64,000 nucleotides of DNA from a virus. The translations under genes and the position numbers were made by a program. Below, one piece after another: positions 39,484 through 50,589 of the stretch (position 1 is the first letter of the stretch; each line of letters begins with the position of its first letter). The notes beneath the pieces are model-generated. The model was not told the DNA's origin. It ran no database searches and saw nothing but the letters and a program-made list of their open reading frames with translations. The stretch spans positions 31,931 to 95,930 of IMG/VR virus record IMGVR_UViG_3300027861_000016, one strand, 5' to 3'.

Positions 39484-39798
39484 ATGAATTGTAAATTAGG
39501 TGTAGTTTATATGATTATTAGTCCTACTAATAGAATATATATTGGCTCGACTATAAATTTAAAAAAGAGAATAAGTACTTATAAAAATAACAATAACAAT
39601 GGACAAATAAAAATTTATAACTCTATTAGAAAACATGGCTGGGTTAATCATAAATTAAAAATTATTTGGAGTGGCAATCCGCACAAGAAGCGGAGAAGGA
39701 GGAAGGATTTAACGGGAGTCATATTAGAAGTTGTTGTAGAGGTAAACGGAAAACGCATAAAAAGTTTAAATGGAGAAATAAATAAAGTGACTAACTAA
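39484..39798 (+). pseudogene. Internally deleted GIY-YIG homing endonuclease
   Basis: GVVY...IYIGST...R N-terminus; NUMOD1-like C-terminus (EWQSAQEAE...IRSCCRGKRKTHKKFKW) out of frame from about 39669. Confidence 0.75.
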
Positions 39799-39809
39799 AA
39801 AGATAAAAG

Positions 39810-40106
39810 ATGAATAAGATACAGAAATTTATAGAAGATAATTGTTTAGATTTAGAAGGAATAAATGATACAGCTACTAGTATAGACAGTGGTGTTAATG
39901 GGACACTTATAATAATAGCAGGATTTGCCTGTCATTTAGGTCTAGAAACTTATACAGAAGTATCGGAGCAAGTAGAAGAAGATGGTCTATATGATTTAAC
40001 AAGTGTAATATCTACTGAATTAGAAAGGGTATTTGATTATGCTGAAAATAATGGTTATGATATATGGTGGCAAACTACAGAAGCTCATGATCAGTATATC
40101 TTTTAG
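39810..40106 (+). CDS. Acidic hypothetical protein
   Basis: Coupled to the PrimPol gene. Confidence 0.55.
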   Translation: MNKIQKFIEDNCLDLEGINDTATSIDSGVNGTLIIIAGFACHLGLETYTEVSEQVEEDGLYDLTSVISTELERVFDYAENNGYDIWWQTTEAHDQYIF

Positions 40107-40108
40107 AT

Positions 40109-40558
40109 ATGAAGAGCTTCTTAGTACGTAACAAAGTACCGATAATTAAATGGACACATTTACCTGATAATATCTATTATGAAGGAGAAATTCCAGAAGG
40201 ATTTGATCTTGCAGTATGTCCTTCAGAAGGATATATAGTAGTAGATATAGATAGACATGGAGATAAGAATGGATTTGATCATGTCCCAGAAGAATTAGAA
40301 TGGGAATTATATTCAACTCTTAGTTATCCTACTAAAAATAAAGGATTACATTGCTGGTTCAAATATACTGGTAATGTAAATCTAGCTAATAAACCAAGTG
40401 GTATCGGAATTGATTTGAGAACGTCACGTGGATACGTGGTGTTTTATCCAAGAGATGATTTTAGAAAACACATACATGAAATAAAAGAAAGTTCAGAAGA
40501 AATGAATGAATGGTTAGAAATGCTATTCTATGGTAAATCACTAAATAGAAAGAAATGA
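40109..40558 (+). CDS. Bifunctional primase-polymerase (Prim-Pol) N-terminal domain protein
   Basis: VVDID, T...GLHCWF, IDLRTSRGYVV. Confidence 0.8.
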   Translation: MKSFLVRNKVPIIKWTHLPDNIYYEGEIPEGFDLAVCPSEGYIVVDIDRHGDKNGFDHVPEELEWELYSTLSYPTKNKGLHCWFKYTGNVNLANKPSGIGIDLRTSRGYVVFYPRDDFRKHIHEIKESSEEMNEWLEMLFYGKSLNRKK

Positions 40559-41604
40559 TATTATATAAAAGTGATCAAAAACAACGAATAAGAACATTAG
40601 AGATTATAGCTCTTAATGGGAGACTAATTCAAATCTCTGGACTAATCAATGGAAAGAAGGTAGAGAATAGTAAATTATGTAAGCCTAAAAATATAGGTAA
40701 AAGTAATTCTACAAGTTCAATTACACAAGCTTTTATTGAAGCAGATGCTTTGGTGACTAAAAAGCTGTCAGAAGGTTATTTTAAAACTATTGATGATGCT
40801 AGACTTACAGAAGTAATACTTCCAATGTTAGCTAAAGAATATGGTAAGGAACAACATAAGATTGATTGGTCCAAACCTGTCTTCGTACAGCCAAAATTAG
40901 ATGGTATGAGGGCATTATCTTTATCAGATGATAATCTTATATCAAGAAAGAATAAATCTATCAATACACTAGCTCATTTACAGTCAGAAATTAGTGAACT
41001 AAGAAGATTAGGTATTGATATTCCAGATGGAGAAGTATATGCTCATGGTTTAACGTTCCAAGAGAATATGAAGTTGATTAAGAAGTACAGACCTGGGGAG
41101 ACAGAGAAAGTTTGTTATCATATTTATGATCACATTAATTCTCTTACTTTTAAAGAGAGATTTGATATACTTCAATTAGCTTTTATGGGGACTACTTTTA
41201 AGTATTTAGAATTAGTGAAAACCTTTCAAATATTCTCAGAAGAACAGTTGAAAAAGTTTCATAGACAATTCCTAGCAGAAGGATATGAAGGTACTATAAT
41301 TAGACATGGTGATGAGCCTTATAAGGTAAATGGTAGAAGTTCTAATCTATTAAAGTATAAAGACTTTAAGGATATGGATGCTGAAGTAATAGATGTAGTT
41401 CCTTCTGACGCTAGACCTGAACAAGGAGTAATTGTATGTAAAGGATTTAAAGCTAATCTAAAATTCTCTCATAAGGAAAGAGAAGAAATACTAACTAATA
41501 AAAAGGATTATATTGGGAAAATAGCAAATATTAGATATTTTGAGATGACAGATGAAAAAGTCCCGAGATTCCCAGTATGTATTGGTTTTCATGAAGATAG
41601 ATAA
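40555..41604 (+). CDS. lig: ATP-dependent DNA ligase
   Basis: QPKLDGMR (KxDG), DGE, EG..IR, LLKYK, PRFP. Confidence 0.9.
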   Translation: MILYKSDQKQRIRTLEIIALNGRLIQISGLINGKKVENSKLCKPKNIGKSNSTSSITQAFIEADALVTKKLSEGYFKTIDDARLTEVILPMLAKEYGKEQHKIDWSKPVFVQPKLDGMRALSLSDDNLISRKNKSINTLAHLQSEISELRRLGIDIPDGEVYAHGLTFQENMKLIKKYRPGETEKVCYHIYDHINSLTFKERFDILQLAFMGTTFKYLELVKTFQIFSEEQLKKFHRQFLAEGYEGTIIRHGDEPYKVNGRSSNLLKYKDFKDMDAEVIDVVPSDARPEQGVIVCKGFKANLKFSHKEREEILTNKKDYIGKIANIRYFEMTDEKVPRFPVCIGFHEDR

Positions 41605-41618
41605 CTAAAAAGAGAGAT

Positions 41619-41831
41619 ATGAGTACAACATTTGCAGTAAAAGTTCCTTCACTATACGATGAAGAAGTAATTGAAGAAATAGATGTAGCATTTAGAAGTA
41701 ATTATATTAGATGGGAAAATCCATTAGCTCAATTACTTCCAGATGAGACAGAAGTTATTCCTACAGATAATTCCGCACAAGGGATCTATACTATAGGTGA
41801 TATTAAAAAGAAAATGAATGAAACAAAGTAA
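41619..41831 (+). CDS. Hypothetical protein
   Basis: ORF in operon. Confidence 0.55.
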   Translation: MSTTFAVKVPSLYDEEVIEEIDVAFRSNYIRWENPLAQLLPDETEVIPTDNSAQGIYTIGDIKKKMNETK

Positions 41832-43197
41832 ACTATTAAACATTGACATGACGGAATTTGATATGTCCCGTTATGTTAAACAATTAAGAGGTATTGTAAA
41901 ATGGAAGAGAAATAAAGGACGTGGATTGTTAAATTTTAATGTTGGAAGTGGAAAGACTCTATGTGGTATAATTGCTCATAAAAAGATGCAACAAAAGGAT
42001 AAAAATAGATCAACAATTGTTGTAGTACCTACACAGCCTTTATTAGAACAATGGAATAAAGAGATTAAAACATTCAGCTTAACTAAGATAAAAGTTTATA
42101 TTATAAACACTGCTTTAAAAGCTGATCTATCATGTAATTTACTGATCTTAGATGAGGTACATCTATTTTGCTCAAATGAAAGGATTAAGATCCTAAATCT
42201 AAAACATAATTGGTGTCTTGGGTTAACTGGTACTCCTTTCAGGAAAGATGGATTAGAAAGTAGAATGTTAGGCTATATTCCTATAGTCGATACTATTAAG
42301 TTTGATGATAGTGTAAAGTTAGGTTATGTTGAGGATGTTCAGATATATAACTTAGCTATTCCTTTATCTAAAGGAGATAACTATAAGTTGAAAGGTTTTA
42401 ACATTAAATTTATAGAGGCTCTAAAGTTCTTTGATGACTTTCAAATGATGATGGCTTGCATAAATAAGAATAATGCACAAAAGTATTCAGAAAAGTACTC
42501 TGGATCAGATTATATTGATCCTAAACTTATTCAGATTACAGCTCTTAATGGAAATAGAGCTATGCAGATGAGAAAGAAGCTGTTAAATATTAGTGAAGCT
42601 AAGTTACAAGGAGTAATTGATATTCTAAACACATTTGATGAAAGAGTATTGACCTTTGGATTAGATACTTCCTTTTCTGATAAGATAACTGAAGCATTTC
42701 CTAAAGAAGCTATAAGCTATCATACTAATGTAGAACCTATAATAATTAAACAAAAGAAAGAGAAACTATATAAAACAGAAATAGCTGCAAAGAGAAACAA
42801 AGAAAAGATACCCTACTCTAAGATAAAAGAGACAAAGGACGGTTTTTTACTAACATGGAATGTGGATAGGAAGTTACCTAGTAAAGATGCTTTAGAATAT
42901 ATTCTAACTAAATTTAAAGATTATAGAGCTAATCTTAGGATTATTAATACAGCACTAAAACTGAAACAAGGCGTAAGTATTAATGAACTGGGATTGGTTA
43001 TTATAACATCTAGACATGGTAGTTGGAATGATTTTGAACAGATATTAGGAAGAGCTTGTAGATTGTATGAAGGAAAGCGTCCTAAGTTAATTAATTTATA
43101 TCATCCTGGAACACAGGATGAGAAGTGGTTGCGTGAGGCAACAAAAAACTTTAAAGATAAAATCAAATGGATAACTAACATAAAAGAAATAGAATGA
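41818..43197 (+). CDS. Superfamily 2 (DExH) helicase
   Basis: GSGKT, VVVPT, DEVH, GLTGT, QILGRACR. Confidence 0.85.
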   Translation: MKQSKLLNIDMTEFDMSRYVKQLRGIVKWKRNKGRGLLNFNVGSGKTLCGIIAHKKMQQKDKNRSTIVVVPTQPLLEQWNKEIKTFSLTKIKVYIINTALKADLSCNLLILDEVHLFCSNERIKILNLKHNWCLGLTGTPFRKDGLESRMLGYIPIVDTIKFDDSVKLGYVEDVQIYNLAIPLSKGDNYKLKGFNIKFIEALKFFDDFQMMMACINKNNAQKYSEKYSGSDYIDPKLIQITALNGNRAMQMRKKLLNISEAKLQGVIDILNTFDERVLTFGLDTSFSDKITEAFPKEAISYHTNVEPIIIKQKKEKLYKTEIAAKRNKEKIPYSKIKETKDGFLLTWNVDRKLPSKDALEYILTKFKDYRANLRIINTALKLKQGVSINELGLVIITSRHGSWNDFEQILGRACRLYEGKRPKLINLYHPGTQDEKWLREATKNFKDKIKWITNIKEIE

Positions 43198-43832
43198 TAT
43201 ACACGAGAGTTACAGACCTAGAACTCTGTAAGAAACATAATATTACACCTAACCATCTACTAATGATTAAATTATATGTAGATGATCCATCTGTAACAGA
43301 AGAAAAGACTGCTGATGCGGAATTTATGAAGAATTTATATGCTTTTTCTAAGATATTTGGATGGGATATGACTAAACAAAGGTTATCTAAAGAGGAAGTA
43401 GAGGCTAAAGATAAATTCTTAGTAGAGATTGTAGGAGAACTAATTGATAAAGAGATATTAGTTCAACCTGAAACACCTGTTAGATATAAAGCAAGTCTAG
43501 ATACTTTTGAAATTAACTTTGATTTCTTACAAGATTTCACAGTTAATGTACATGAAATGCCAGAAGAGTTATTTGAAGCCTATCCTAGTCTATTTGGAAA
43601 CAACTATCCGGCTAGAGGAGTTACTGTGGAACAATTTGGAGTTAAATATTTAAAGCATATAAATAATGATAGAAAGAAACATGAAGAGATCATTGAATTA
43701 GTCTTATGGGCTAAAGAGAATAAGAAGATTATGTTTAAATTAGAGACTTTTGTAAACACTAAAGGCTGGGAAAGTTTAGAAGAATTAAGAGAGGAAGGAG
43801 GATCAATTGGCTTCAGCGCAGAACTTGTCTAA
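43194..43832 (+). CDS. Replication-associated protein (possible helicase loader/initiator)
   Basis: EELFEAYP motif; immediately upstream of DnaB. Confidence 0.4.
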   Translation: MIYTRVTDLELCKKHNITPNHLLMIKLYVDDPSVTEEKTADAEFMKNLYAFSKIFGWDMTKQRLSKEEVEAKDKFLVEIVGELIDKEILVQPETPVRYKASLDTFEINFDFLQDFTVNVHEMPEELFEAYPSLFGNNYPARGVTVEQFGVKYLKHINNDRKKHEEIIELVLWAKENKKIMFKLETFVNTKGWESLEELREEGGSIGFSAELV

Positions 43833-44871
43833 ACTATTCCCACCCACAACTCATATTAGAGATGTAGTTGATGAAGCTTATGCTTATGTGAAAGGTAGAG
43901 CCGATGGAACCATTGTATCTGCTAAAACTAAATTTAACTTATTTAATAATAAGTTAATGGGTGGACCAGAATTAAATACAATCTTAACTCTTTCAGCAAT
44001 GTCTGGAGCAGGTAAAACTACTATGGCTAAAGAATTAAGACATTCAATAGCTAAGTTGAATCCTAATATGAAGTTGAAACAGATTGTCTTTAACTTCGAA
44101 ATGATAATGATCTCTCAAATTAATAGAGAGGTTGTTACCCAATCTAAGATTAAGATGCAGGATTTATATTCAGTTGAAAAGATTTTAGAAGATACCACTA
44201 TAGAAGAGTTAAAGAAGTATTATGATGAGTTAAGAAAGGAAGATATACATTTAGTAGATGTTCCTGTCTCTGCTGAAATATTAGTAGCTATGCTTTATGA
44301 CTTTTGGGAAAGAGAATGTAAAGAAGGTGGTTATACTATGATCTATGAAATAGACAACTTAATGTTATTAGACGGATCTAATGAAAAAGAAAAGATAGAT
44401 GCTGCTAATTATGGTTTAGTTAAACTTAAAAAGCAAATTGAATCAGAAGGAGGATCATCCATTGGGATAGTATTAACTCAAATGAATAGAAATATTGAAG
44501 GTGTAGAAAGATTAAATACTCCAGAATTACATAAACCTATGGCTTCTGATTTAATGGCTGCAAGTTCTACTAATTTCTGTTCAGACTATATTATCTTTGT
44601 ACATGTTCCAGCTAAATTAGGATTAAAATCTTATACTCATTTAAAATTACCTACTAAAGTTATTTATCCAGGTGGAGCTCAAGTAGATATGGCTTATTTA
44701 GAGTTAGTAAAGAATAGATCTGGAGAACCTAATCTAACTTTTGCTCTACACAATCGTATGAAATACTTCTCATTTAATGAAATGGGTGTAAATGAGAAGA
44801 AATCTATTTACGGTAAGGAGATAAAGAAAGATGAAAAAACAAAATTACCAATAATTAAATTAGATAAATAA
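43807..44871 (+). CDS. dnaB: DnaB-like SF4 replicative helicase
   Basis: AMSGAGKT, FNFEM, LTQMNR, P..SDL, KNRSG. Confidence 0.85.
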   Translation: MASAQNLSKLFPPTTHIRDVVDEAYAYVKGRADGTIVSAKTKFNLFNNKLMGGPELNTILTLSAMSGAGKTTMAKELRHSIAKLNPNMKLKQIVFNFEMIMISQINREVVTQSKIKMQDLYSVEKILEDTTIEELKKYYDELRKEDIHLVDVPVSAEILVAMLYDFWERECKEGGYTMIYEIDNLMLLDGSNEKEKIDAANYGLVKLKKQIESEGGSSIGIVLTQMNRNIEGVERLNTPELHKPMASDLMAASSTNFCSDYIIFVHVPAKLGLKSYTHLKLPTKVIYPGGAQVDMAYLELVKNRSGEPNLTFALHNRMKYFSFNEMGVNEKKSIYGKEIKKDEKTKLPIIKLDK

Positions 44872-44879
44872 AGAGTAAT

Positions 44880-45677
44880 ATGGAATTACCAACGAAAGTA
44901 AGAAAAGCAGAATTAGTTAGTCCAGCATCAATATTAATATATGCTCCACCTAAAATTGGAAAAACTACCATTGTAAGTCAATTACCTAATAACCTAATCC
45001 TTGAATTGGAACCTAATGGTGCTAAGTTTGTAGATGCTATGGTGTTAGAATTGGACAAGCCTTCTAAATTTAATGAAGCATTGACCTCCATCGAAGCTGC
45101 AAATAAAGAAAAAGGAGGATTTGTATATGACTATATTACTGTAGATACTATTACAGTATTAGATGAGTGGGCTGAAATCACAGGTACATATAGATATATG
45201 AAGAAACCTCAAGGACAAAAATTTAATAGAGTTGATGAGAAAAAGGGAGGTAAATTAATATATCACAACGAAGGTAGTTTTGAATCAGTACATGAACTTC
45301 CAAATGGTTTTGGATATAAGCATAGTAGGGATGAGATGGTAGACTGGTTTTATAGACTATTAAAATTAGCTCCACATATCATTTTAATAGCCCATGTCAA
45401 GGATAAAATGGTTGAAAGTAAGAAGACCGGAGACACTGTAGAAGTTAAAGATATTAACCTTACTGGTAAAGTAAAATCAATATTTTGTTCTAAGGTTGAT
45501 TCTGTAGCTTTATTAGAAAAATCTGAAGGAAAAGGCTATTTAAACTTTGCTAATGAAAATAATAAAGTAGCAGGAGGTAGATGTTTACATCTTGACGGTA
45601 GATTACTTATCTCTGAGAAATTAGAAGATAAAAGCATTAAAACATTTTGGGAAAATATTTATATTGATAATAAATAA
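44880..45677 (+). CDS. AAA_24 / Sak4-like ATPase
   Basis: YAPPKIGKT, VDT, LIAH. Confidence 0.75.
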   Translation: MELPTKVRKAELVSPASILIYAPPKIGKTTIVSQLPNNLILELEPNGAKFVDAMVLELDKPSKFNEALTSIEAANKEKGGFVYDYITVDTITVLDEWAEITGTYRYMKKPQGQKFNRVDEKKGGKLIYHNEGSFESVHELPNGFGYKHSRDEMVDWFYRLLKLAPHIILIAHVKDKMVESKKTGDTVEVKDINLTGKVKSIFCSKVDSVALLEKSEGKGYLNFANENNKVAGGRCLHLDGRLLISEKLEDKSIKTFWENIYIDNK

Positions 45678-45761
45678 CCTTCAACTGGAACAAAATATTT
45701 ATTTAATAAAACAAGAGAGGTGAAAGTCCTCTCACATTTTTAAACAACTAAAATAAAAGAT

Positions 45762-46793
45762 ATGATTTTTGAAGTAAAAGATTTCTCAGGTTCAATAGTA
45801 GTTTCAGGAAAAGCAGTTGTAACCTTAGATGACGCAAGTCATAAAGTAATAATTTTTAATAAAAAGAATAAACCAACAGAAAATAAGAAGAAAGCTATTA
45901 TCCCAATCCCTTTACCACTTGAAACTATAGAAGTAGATAGAGTAATAGATCATACTATAGAAGATCCGCAGCCAAATTCAAAACCTATATCATTGAAAAA
46001 GGGGATATATACTTATAAATACTCTTCTTTACTTTCTGCTGCCTGTGGTTTAGGTCTTGTTTATCATAGACTAGTACTTGCTGTAAAAAATGGAGATAAA
46101 GAGATAGAAGGATATACAATTATAAAATAAATAACAAATAATTATGTAAGGAGATAAATTCTCCTTACTTTTACAAACTTTTAATAATAAATATATAATA
46201 TGAAATTACAAGAATTAGCTAAATTATCAATCGGAATCGTAGCAAATCAAGCAGCAATAACTATTGGAACAGGAAACAAAGTAACATTATCTAATGAAGT
46301 AGCAAAAACAAGACTTGGTTATAAAGAAGGAGATGTTTTATACATTGATAGATTAGTTAGAGATGAAGAGACTTATGATGTAATTGCTTGTTTACCTCCT
46401 GTAGAAGGAATTAAAACATTTGCTTTTAATAAAGGAGTATTATCTTTTGGAGATAAGTTATTAGCTGAGACATTAGGGGGTTTTGGTGCTGAATGGAATG
46501 TAGTAACTTTATTTGATACTATTGAATTAGAAGATAGAAATTGTTCATTACTAATTATAGAACAAAGAGAAGTAATTCTACCTACTAAAGTTGAGCCTAT
46601 TATAGAGAAAGTAATTGAAGTAGTAGAAACTCCTAAAGTAACTCCTAAAGTAACACCTACTATTGAAATCAAACCAGTGGAGCCTAAGATTATTACAAAT
46701 ACTGAACCTAAATATGGTGAAGAAGAGTTTGAGTCAGAAGCTCCTGAATTAGAAGGAACTCCTCAAGGACCATTTGGTAATTTAGTAAAATAA
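45762..46793 (+). other. Hypothetical ORFs 45762-46130 (NUMOD-like C-terminus) and 46200-46793
   Basis: Each is preceded by a hairpin (45715-45733, 46146-46168). Confidence 0.55.
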
Positions 46794-46840
46794 GAATAAA
46801 TAATAAAATATAATAATAATAATAAATTAAAATAAGACAT

Positions 46841-47650
46841 ATGTTTAATACAGAAGTAATTGCAGAGAAAAAACAATATACAGGAATAGCACCATGTAAA
46901 GTATTAGCTATTAATCCTAGTGGACAATGGTTAAAAGAAAATGGTTTTAGACGTGATGATACAGATTTAGATTATAGTTATGACTTTGGTAATGATAATT
47001 CTGGTACAAAGGTTATGATCTTTGTAGAAGGAATAGAAGATAAGAATGTTAGAGGTCAAGTAGACTTCTTAATATCAGCTAATGGTCAAGTAGCTAAATC
47101 AGGTAAGAATCTATATATAGATACTTATGGTAATAGTTCATGGGCAGAAAGCTTAGATGATGTACCAGAATGGTTTAAGAAAGATTCGGCAATTCATGGA
47201 TCTAAAGGATTAGAAAATCTAATTAAATTTATTAGAACTTGGGCAAGAATTGATAGAGAGAATGCAGTTTCTTTTGATTTAGCTAAAGTAATGACAGGTA
47301 ATATGTTAGATTTACAAGCTTTACCTAGTCAATCAGAGGCTATTTCTAAAGCACAAAAAGGATATGTATTTGGTATTCAATTAATGTTTGGAGTAAATGA
47401 TAAGGGATATTCAACTATCTATAATCAAGCATTTGTTAGAATAGATTCTAAGAATGTAAAACATTTAAAGACTGCTATTGAAGGTGAATATACTTTATTT
47501 AAAGCAGACTATCAAAAATCATTGAACTTCAAAGAATATGTTCCTTCATTAGATGTAGAAACACCTACTCCAGATGCTGAACCTAATAATAGCGATAGTG
47601 ATATTGGATTGCCTGATATTGCTAATAATGGAGATGATTTACCGTTCTAG
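46841..47650 (+). CDS. Putative single-stranded DNA-binding protein (crAss type)
   Basis: YTG...VLAINP N-terminus and acidic DDLPF tail; upstream of primase. Confidence 0.6.
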   Translation: MFNTEVIAEKKQYTGIAPCKVLAINPSGQWLKENGFRRDDTDLDYSYDFGNDNSGTKVMIFVEGIEDKNVRGQVDFLISANGQVAKSGKNLYIDTYGNSSWAESLDDVPEWFKKDSAIHGSKGLENLIKFIRTWARIDRENAVSFDLAKVMTGNMLDLQALPSQSEAISKAQKGYVFGIQLMFGVNDKGYSTIYNQAFVRIDSKNVKHLKTAIEGEYTLFKADYQKSLNFKEYVPSLDVETPTPDAEPNNSDSDIGLPDIANNGDDLPF

Positions 47651-47676
47651 TAACTAATTAATAATCAATAACTTAC

Positions 47677-47710
47677 AACCTTATCCTTAATTGGATAAGG
47701 TTTTTTATTT
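47677..47710 (+). terminator. Intrinsic terminator
   Basis: AACCTTATCC TTAATT GGATAAGGTT then TTTT. Confidence 0.75.
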
Positions 47711-47715
47711 TTAAT

Positions 47716-48711
47716 ATGAATCCATTCTTAGAATCAATAATTACTAAAGACTTTATACTTTCAAGTTTATCTCAAGAACAGATATTTGAAAAGTATTTAG
47801 GAATAAGTGTGGAATATAATAAATTACAAAGATCTGGATTAAGAAAAGATCCTAAACCTTCTGTAGCATTTAAAAAGATGATAGGAGGTGATATTATTTG
47901 CAGTGATTTTGGTGATGCTAGGATTAAAGGAGATTGTTTTAATCTTGTAGCAGCTATTCATAGATGTGAATATAAAGACACCTATAAAATTATAGCAAAT
48001 GATTTTAATATTATTGACACACAGATTACACCACAATCAATTAAAAAGATCTATAAATCAGAAATACTAAAAGATTCAAAAGAAAAAGAAGTAGTTCCTA
48101 TACAAATTAAGAAAAGGGAATGGTCTAAACAAGACATAGACTTTTGGAGACAATACGGTATTTCACTAAAAACACTAAGAAAATTTAATGTATTTCCTAT
48201 ATCACATTATTGGTACAATGATAATATAAGAACCTGTAGATCAATGAGTTTTGCTTATTTCTTCTATACTTTCTGTTATAAAATCTATTCTCCTTTGGAG
48301 AAAGTTTATAGGTTTATTAACAATAGTACTAGAATACAAGGATATGGACAACTCCCAGATAAAGGAGAATTATTGATAATTACTAAATCCTTAAAAGATG
48401 TAATGGTTTTGTATGAATTTGGTATAACCTCTGTATCATTACAAGCGGAGGGGAATATGTTGAATCAAGAATACTATGATGATCTATCTTCGAGATTTGA
48501 TAAGATTATCAGTTTCTATGATTACGATTATCAGGGTATTTCTGGATCTGGAAATTTAAAAAGAAGATATGGAATACCAAGAATAATGTTAAGTAATGGG
48601 AAGTATAATACTAAAGATTACGGAGCTAAGGACATATCAGATTATTATTTAGCTTTTGGTAAAGAAAAAACACAGTTATTAATTAATAAATTTAAAGAGA
48701 ATGAGTTTTGA
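47716..48711 (+). CDS. dnaG: DnaG-like TOPRIM primase (crAss type)
   Basis: R.D.KPS, DFG...GDCF, IITKSLKDVM, YDYD, KDISD. Confidence 0.85.
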   Translation: MNPFLESIITKDFILSSLSQEQIFEKYLGISVEYNKLQRSGLRKDPKPSVAFKKMIGGDIICSDFGDARIKGDCFNLVAAIHRCEYKDTYKIIANDFNIIDTQITPQSIKKIYKSEILKDSKEKEVVPIQIKKREWSKQDIDFWRQYGISLKTLRKFNVFPISHYWYNDNIRTCRSMSFAYFFYTFCYKIYSPLEKVYRFINNSTRIQGYGQLPDKGELLIITKSLKDVMVLYEFGITSVSLQAEGNMLNQEYYDDLSSRFDKIISFYDYDYQGISGSGNLKRRYGIPRIMLSNGKYNTKDYGAKDISDYYLAFGKEKTQLLINKFKENEF

Positions 48712-48892
48712 TCCTCAAGAAGGAGAATATGAAGATCATGAACTAATTAGAAGATCTGATTTTGAAATAGAAGAATGTTATTCAGCAATATGTCCTAATT
48801 GTCAAGGATATATTATGGTGAACCAAAGACCAACAGGAAAGGAGATAATATGTCCTAATTGTAATATAGTATTAACCTTATTAGATTGTTAA
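48701..48892 (+). CDS. Zinc-ribbon protein
   Basis: CPNC...CPNC. Confidence 0.6.
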   Translation: MSFDPQEGEYEDHELIRRSDFEIEECYSAICPNCQGYIMVNQRPTGKEIICPNCNIVLTLLDC

Positions 48893-48893
48893 C

Positions 48894-49508
48894 ATGGTAG
48901 AAGAAATAAAGTTTAAGTCCGATGAGGAGCTTTATTTTTCATGGTATTTAGAAGAACTACAAGAAGCAGGTTATATTGAATCTTGGGGATATGAAATCTC
49001 TAAGTTTCAATTGACAGAACCTCATTCAAGGAAGTATCTAAAACAAATGAAAACTAAAGTTAAAGAGGAAGATGAGTTTCTATTACATGGAAGTTCTATC
49101 ACTGCTGATTTTACTATAGACTGGAGTAAAAAAGCTTTAAATGTATTTGTGGCAGATAGTTCTATTCCCGTTGTAAAAATTAAAGAACTTCCTTTTAGAT
49201 TAGGAGAAGAAGGTTGGGAGGATTTTCTTATATCTTACATAGAAGTCAAGCCTATAGTAGAAATACAGAATTCCTCAGTAAGTTTCCCTTATAAACAGAA
49301 GTTCTGTTTAGATAGACATGGAATCTATATCCAAAAGATAAAACCTTTTGATACTAAAAAGAAATGTTTATTTTCAGATACATTCTTTCCTAAGAAAGTA
49401 TTAGAATGCCAGAAATATAAAGTCAATTGTAAAGGAGGAAAAATTGGTGAGTCGAAAATTAAACATAAAATAGTAAGAACACTTAAAGAATTTGTAGATG
49501 AAATATGA
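48894..49508 (+). CDS. PD-(D/E)xK nuclease
   Basis: FKSDEE, TADF, IEVK. Confidence 0.65.
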   Translation: MVEEIKFKSDEELYFSWYLEELQEAGYIESWGYEISKFQLTEPHSRKYLKQMKTKVKEEDEFLLHGSSITADFTIDWSKKALNVFVADSSIPVVKIKELPFRLGEEGWEDFLISYIEVKPIVEIQNSSVSFPYKQKFCLDRHGIYIQKIKPFDTKKKCLFSDTFFPKKVLECQKYKVNCKGGKIGESKIKHKIVRTLKEFVDEI

Positions 49509-50589
49509 AATAGATGAGCTAGCTAAAGATGTAGCTTGTAAATTAAGTTCTATACTTGATAAGGAAGTACAAAGTAAAATTCAAAGTATAGATAAATATA
49601 AACAGGCATACGAACAATTAGTACAACATATAAAAGATCAGACACTAAGTTATAAAGAAGCACATGAATATTTCAAAGAAACAAACATGTATATGAACAT
49701 GGTTGAGTATGAAGGTGGGAGATTAACTTTGGAAGGAGTTCTAACAGAGATTGAAGAGATTGATAAATATACACTTGATATAAAAGAAAATGAAAGATAA
49801 TATTAAAGTACCAAAGAAAGAATATAAAAGACCTTTAACAGGTGAAGAAGCAGCATTCCCCATAAATACCAGAGATGGTAAATGGAATCCGGGAATGAGT
49901 ACTACATTGTATATTGTAACTCAATTATTGGCGAGTGAAAATTATATAATGGGAGGAAGCACTAAAGAAATGGTTGAAGATGCTTATAATATAGCAGACG
50001 AAATAATAAAACAAGAAAATGAAAGAAGCTAAAGAGTATTTAAAATACAGATTTCAAGAGTATGATCCTGTAAGTCAAAAATCAATTTATAATGATGAAG
50101 GAGCAATTGAAGCCATACAAGAAGCACAAAAAGAAGCTGTAGAATATGCTTTGAAAATGGCTGCTAGTAATGCTGAAGTAGAGGAAGAACTTGGGAACAT
50201 GTTTGATCCTGAGTCTATTTATTACATTGTAGATGAAGATTCAATACTAAAACTAAAAGATAAAATATTTAAGGAGATGGGAATAGATGAGTAAAGAAAG
50301 AGAAATAATAAAAGGATTCACAGAAGAAGAGATTCATGAATTGATGTATGATGATACTCTTGATTATGGCTCTGTGAAACATACCATAACATCATGTGAT
50401 GAAGAAGATGGGGGTGCTGATAACTATTTAGTGATACAAAGAAAATCAGATAAGAAATATTTTCATGCACAATTTACAGATTGGGAATACAAACCAGATG
50501 GTCATAGTGAGACTGATGATGATAATGCTGTTTTAGTAGAATTTGAAGAGTGCTTTCCTAAACAAATAACTATAACTGAATATGTGTAA
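49498..50589 (+). other. Hypothetical ORFs 49498-49800, 49790-50032, 50019-50294, 50287-50589
   Basis: Overlapping co-oriented ORFs. Confidence 0.6.

Noticed and set aside
46629-46830. 12-bp tandem repeat (TPKV twice) and TAA run after the gene
   Set aside because: Ordinary low-complexity linker and AT-rich leader.
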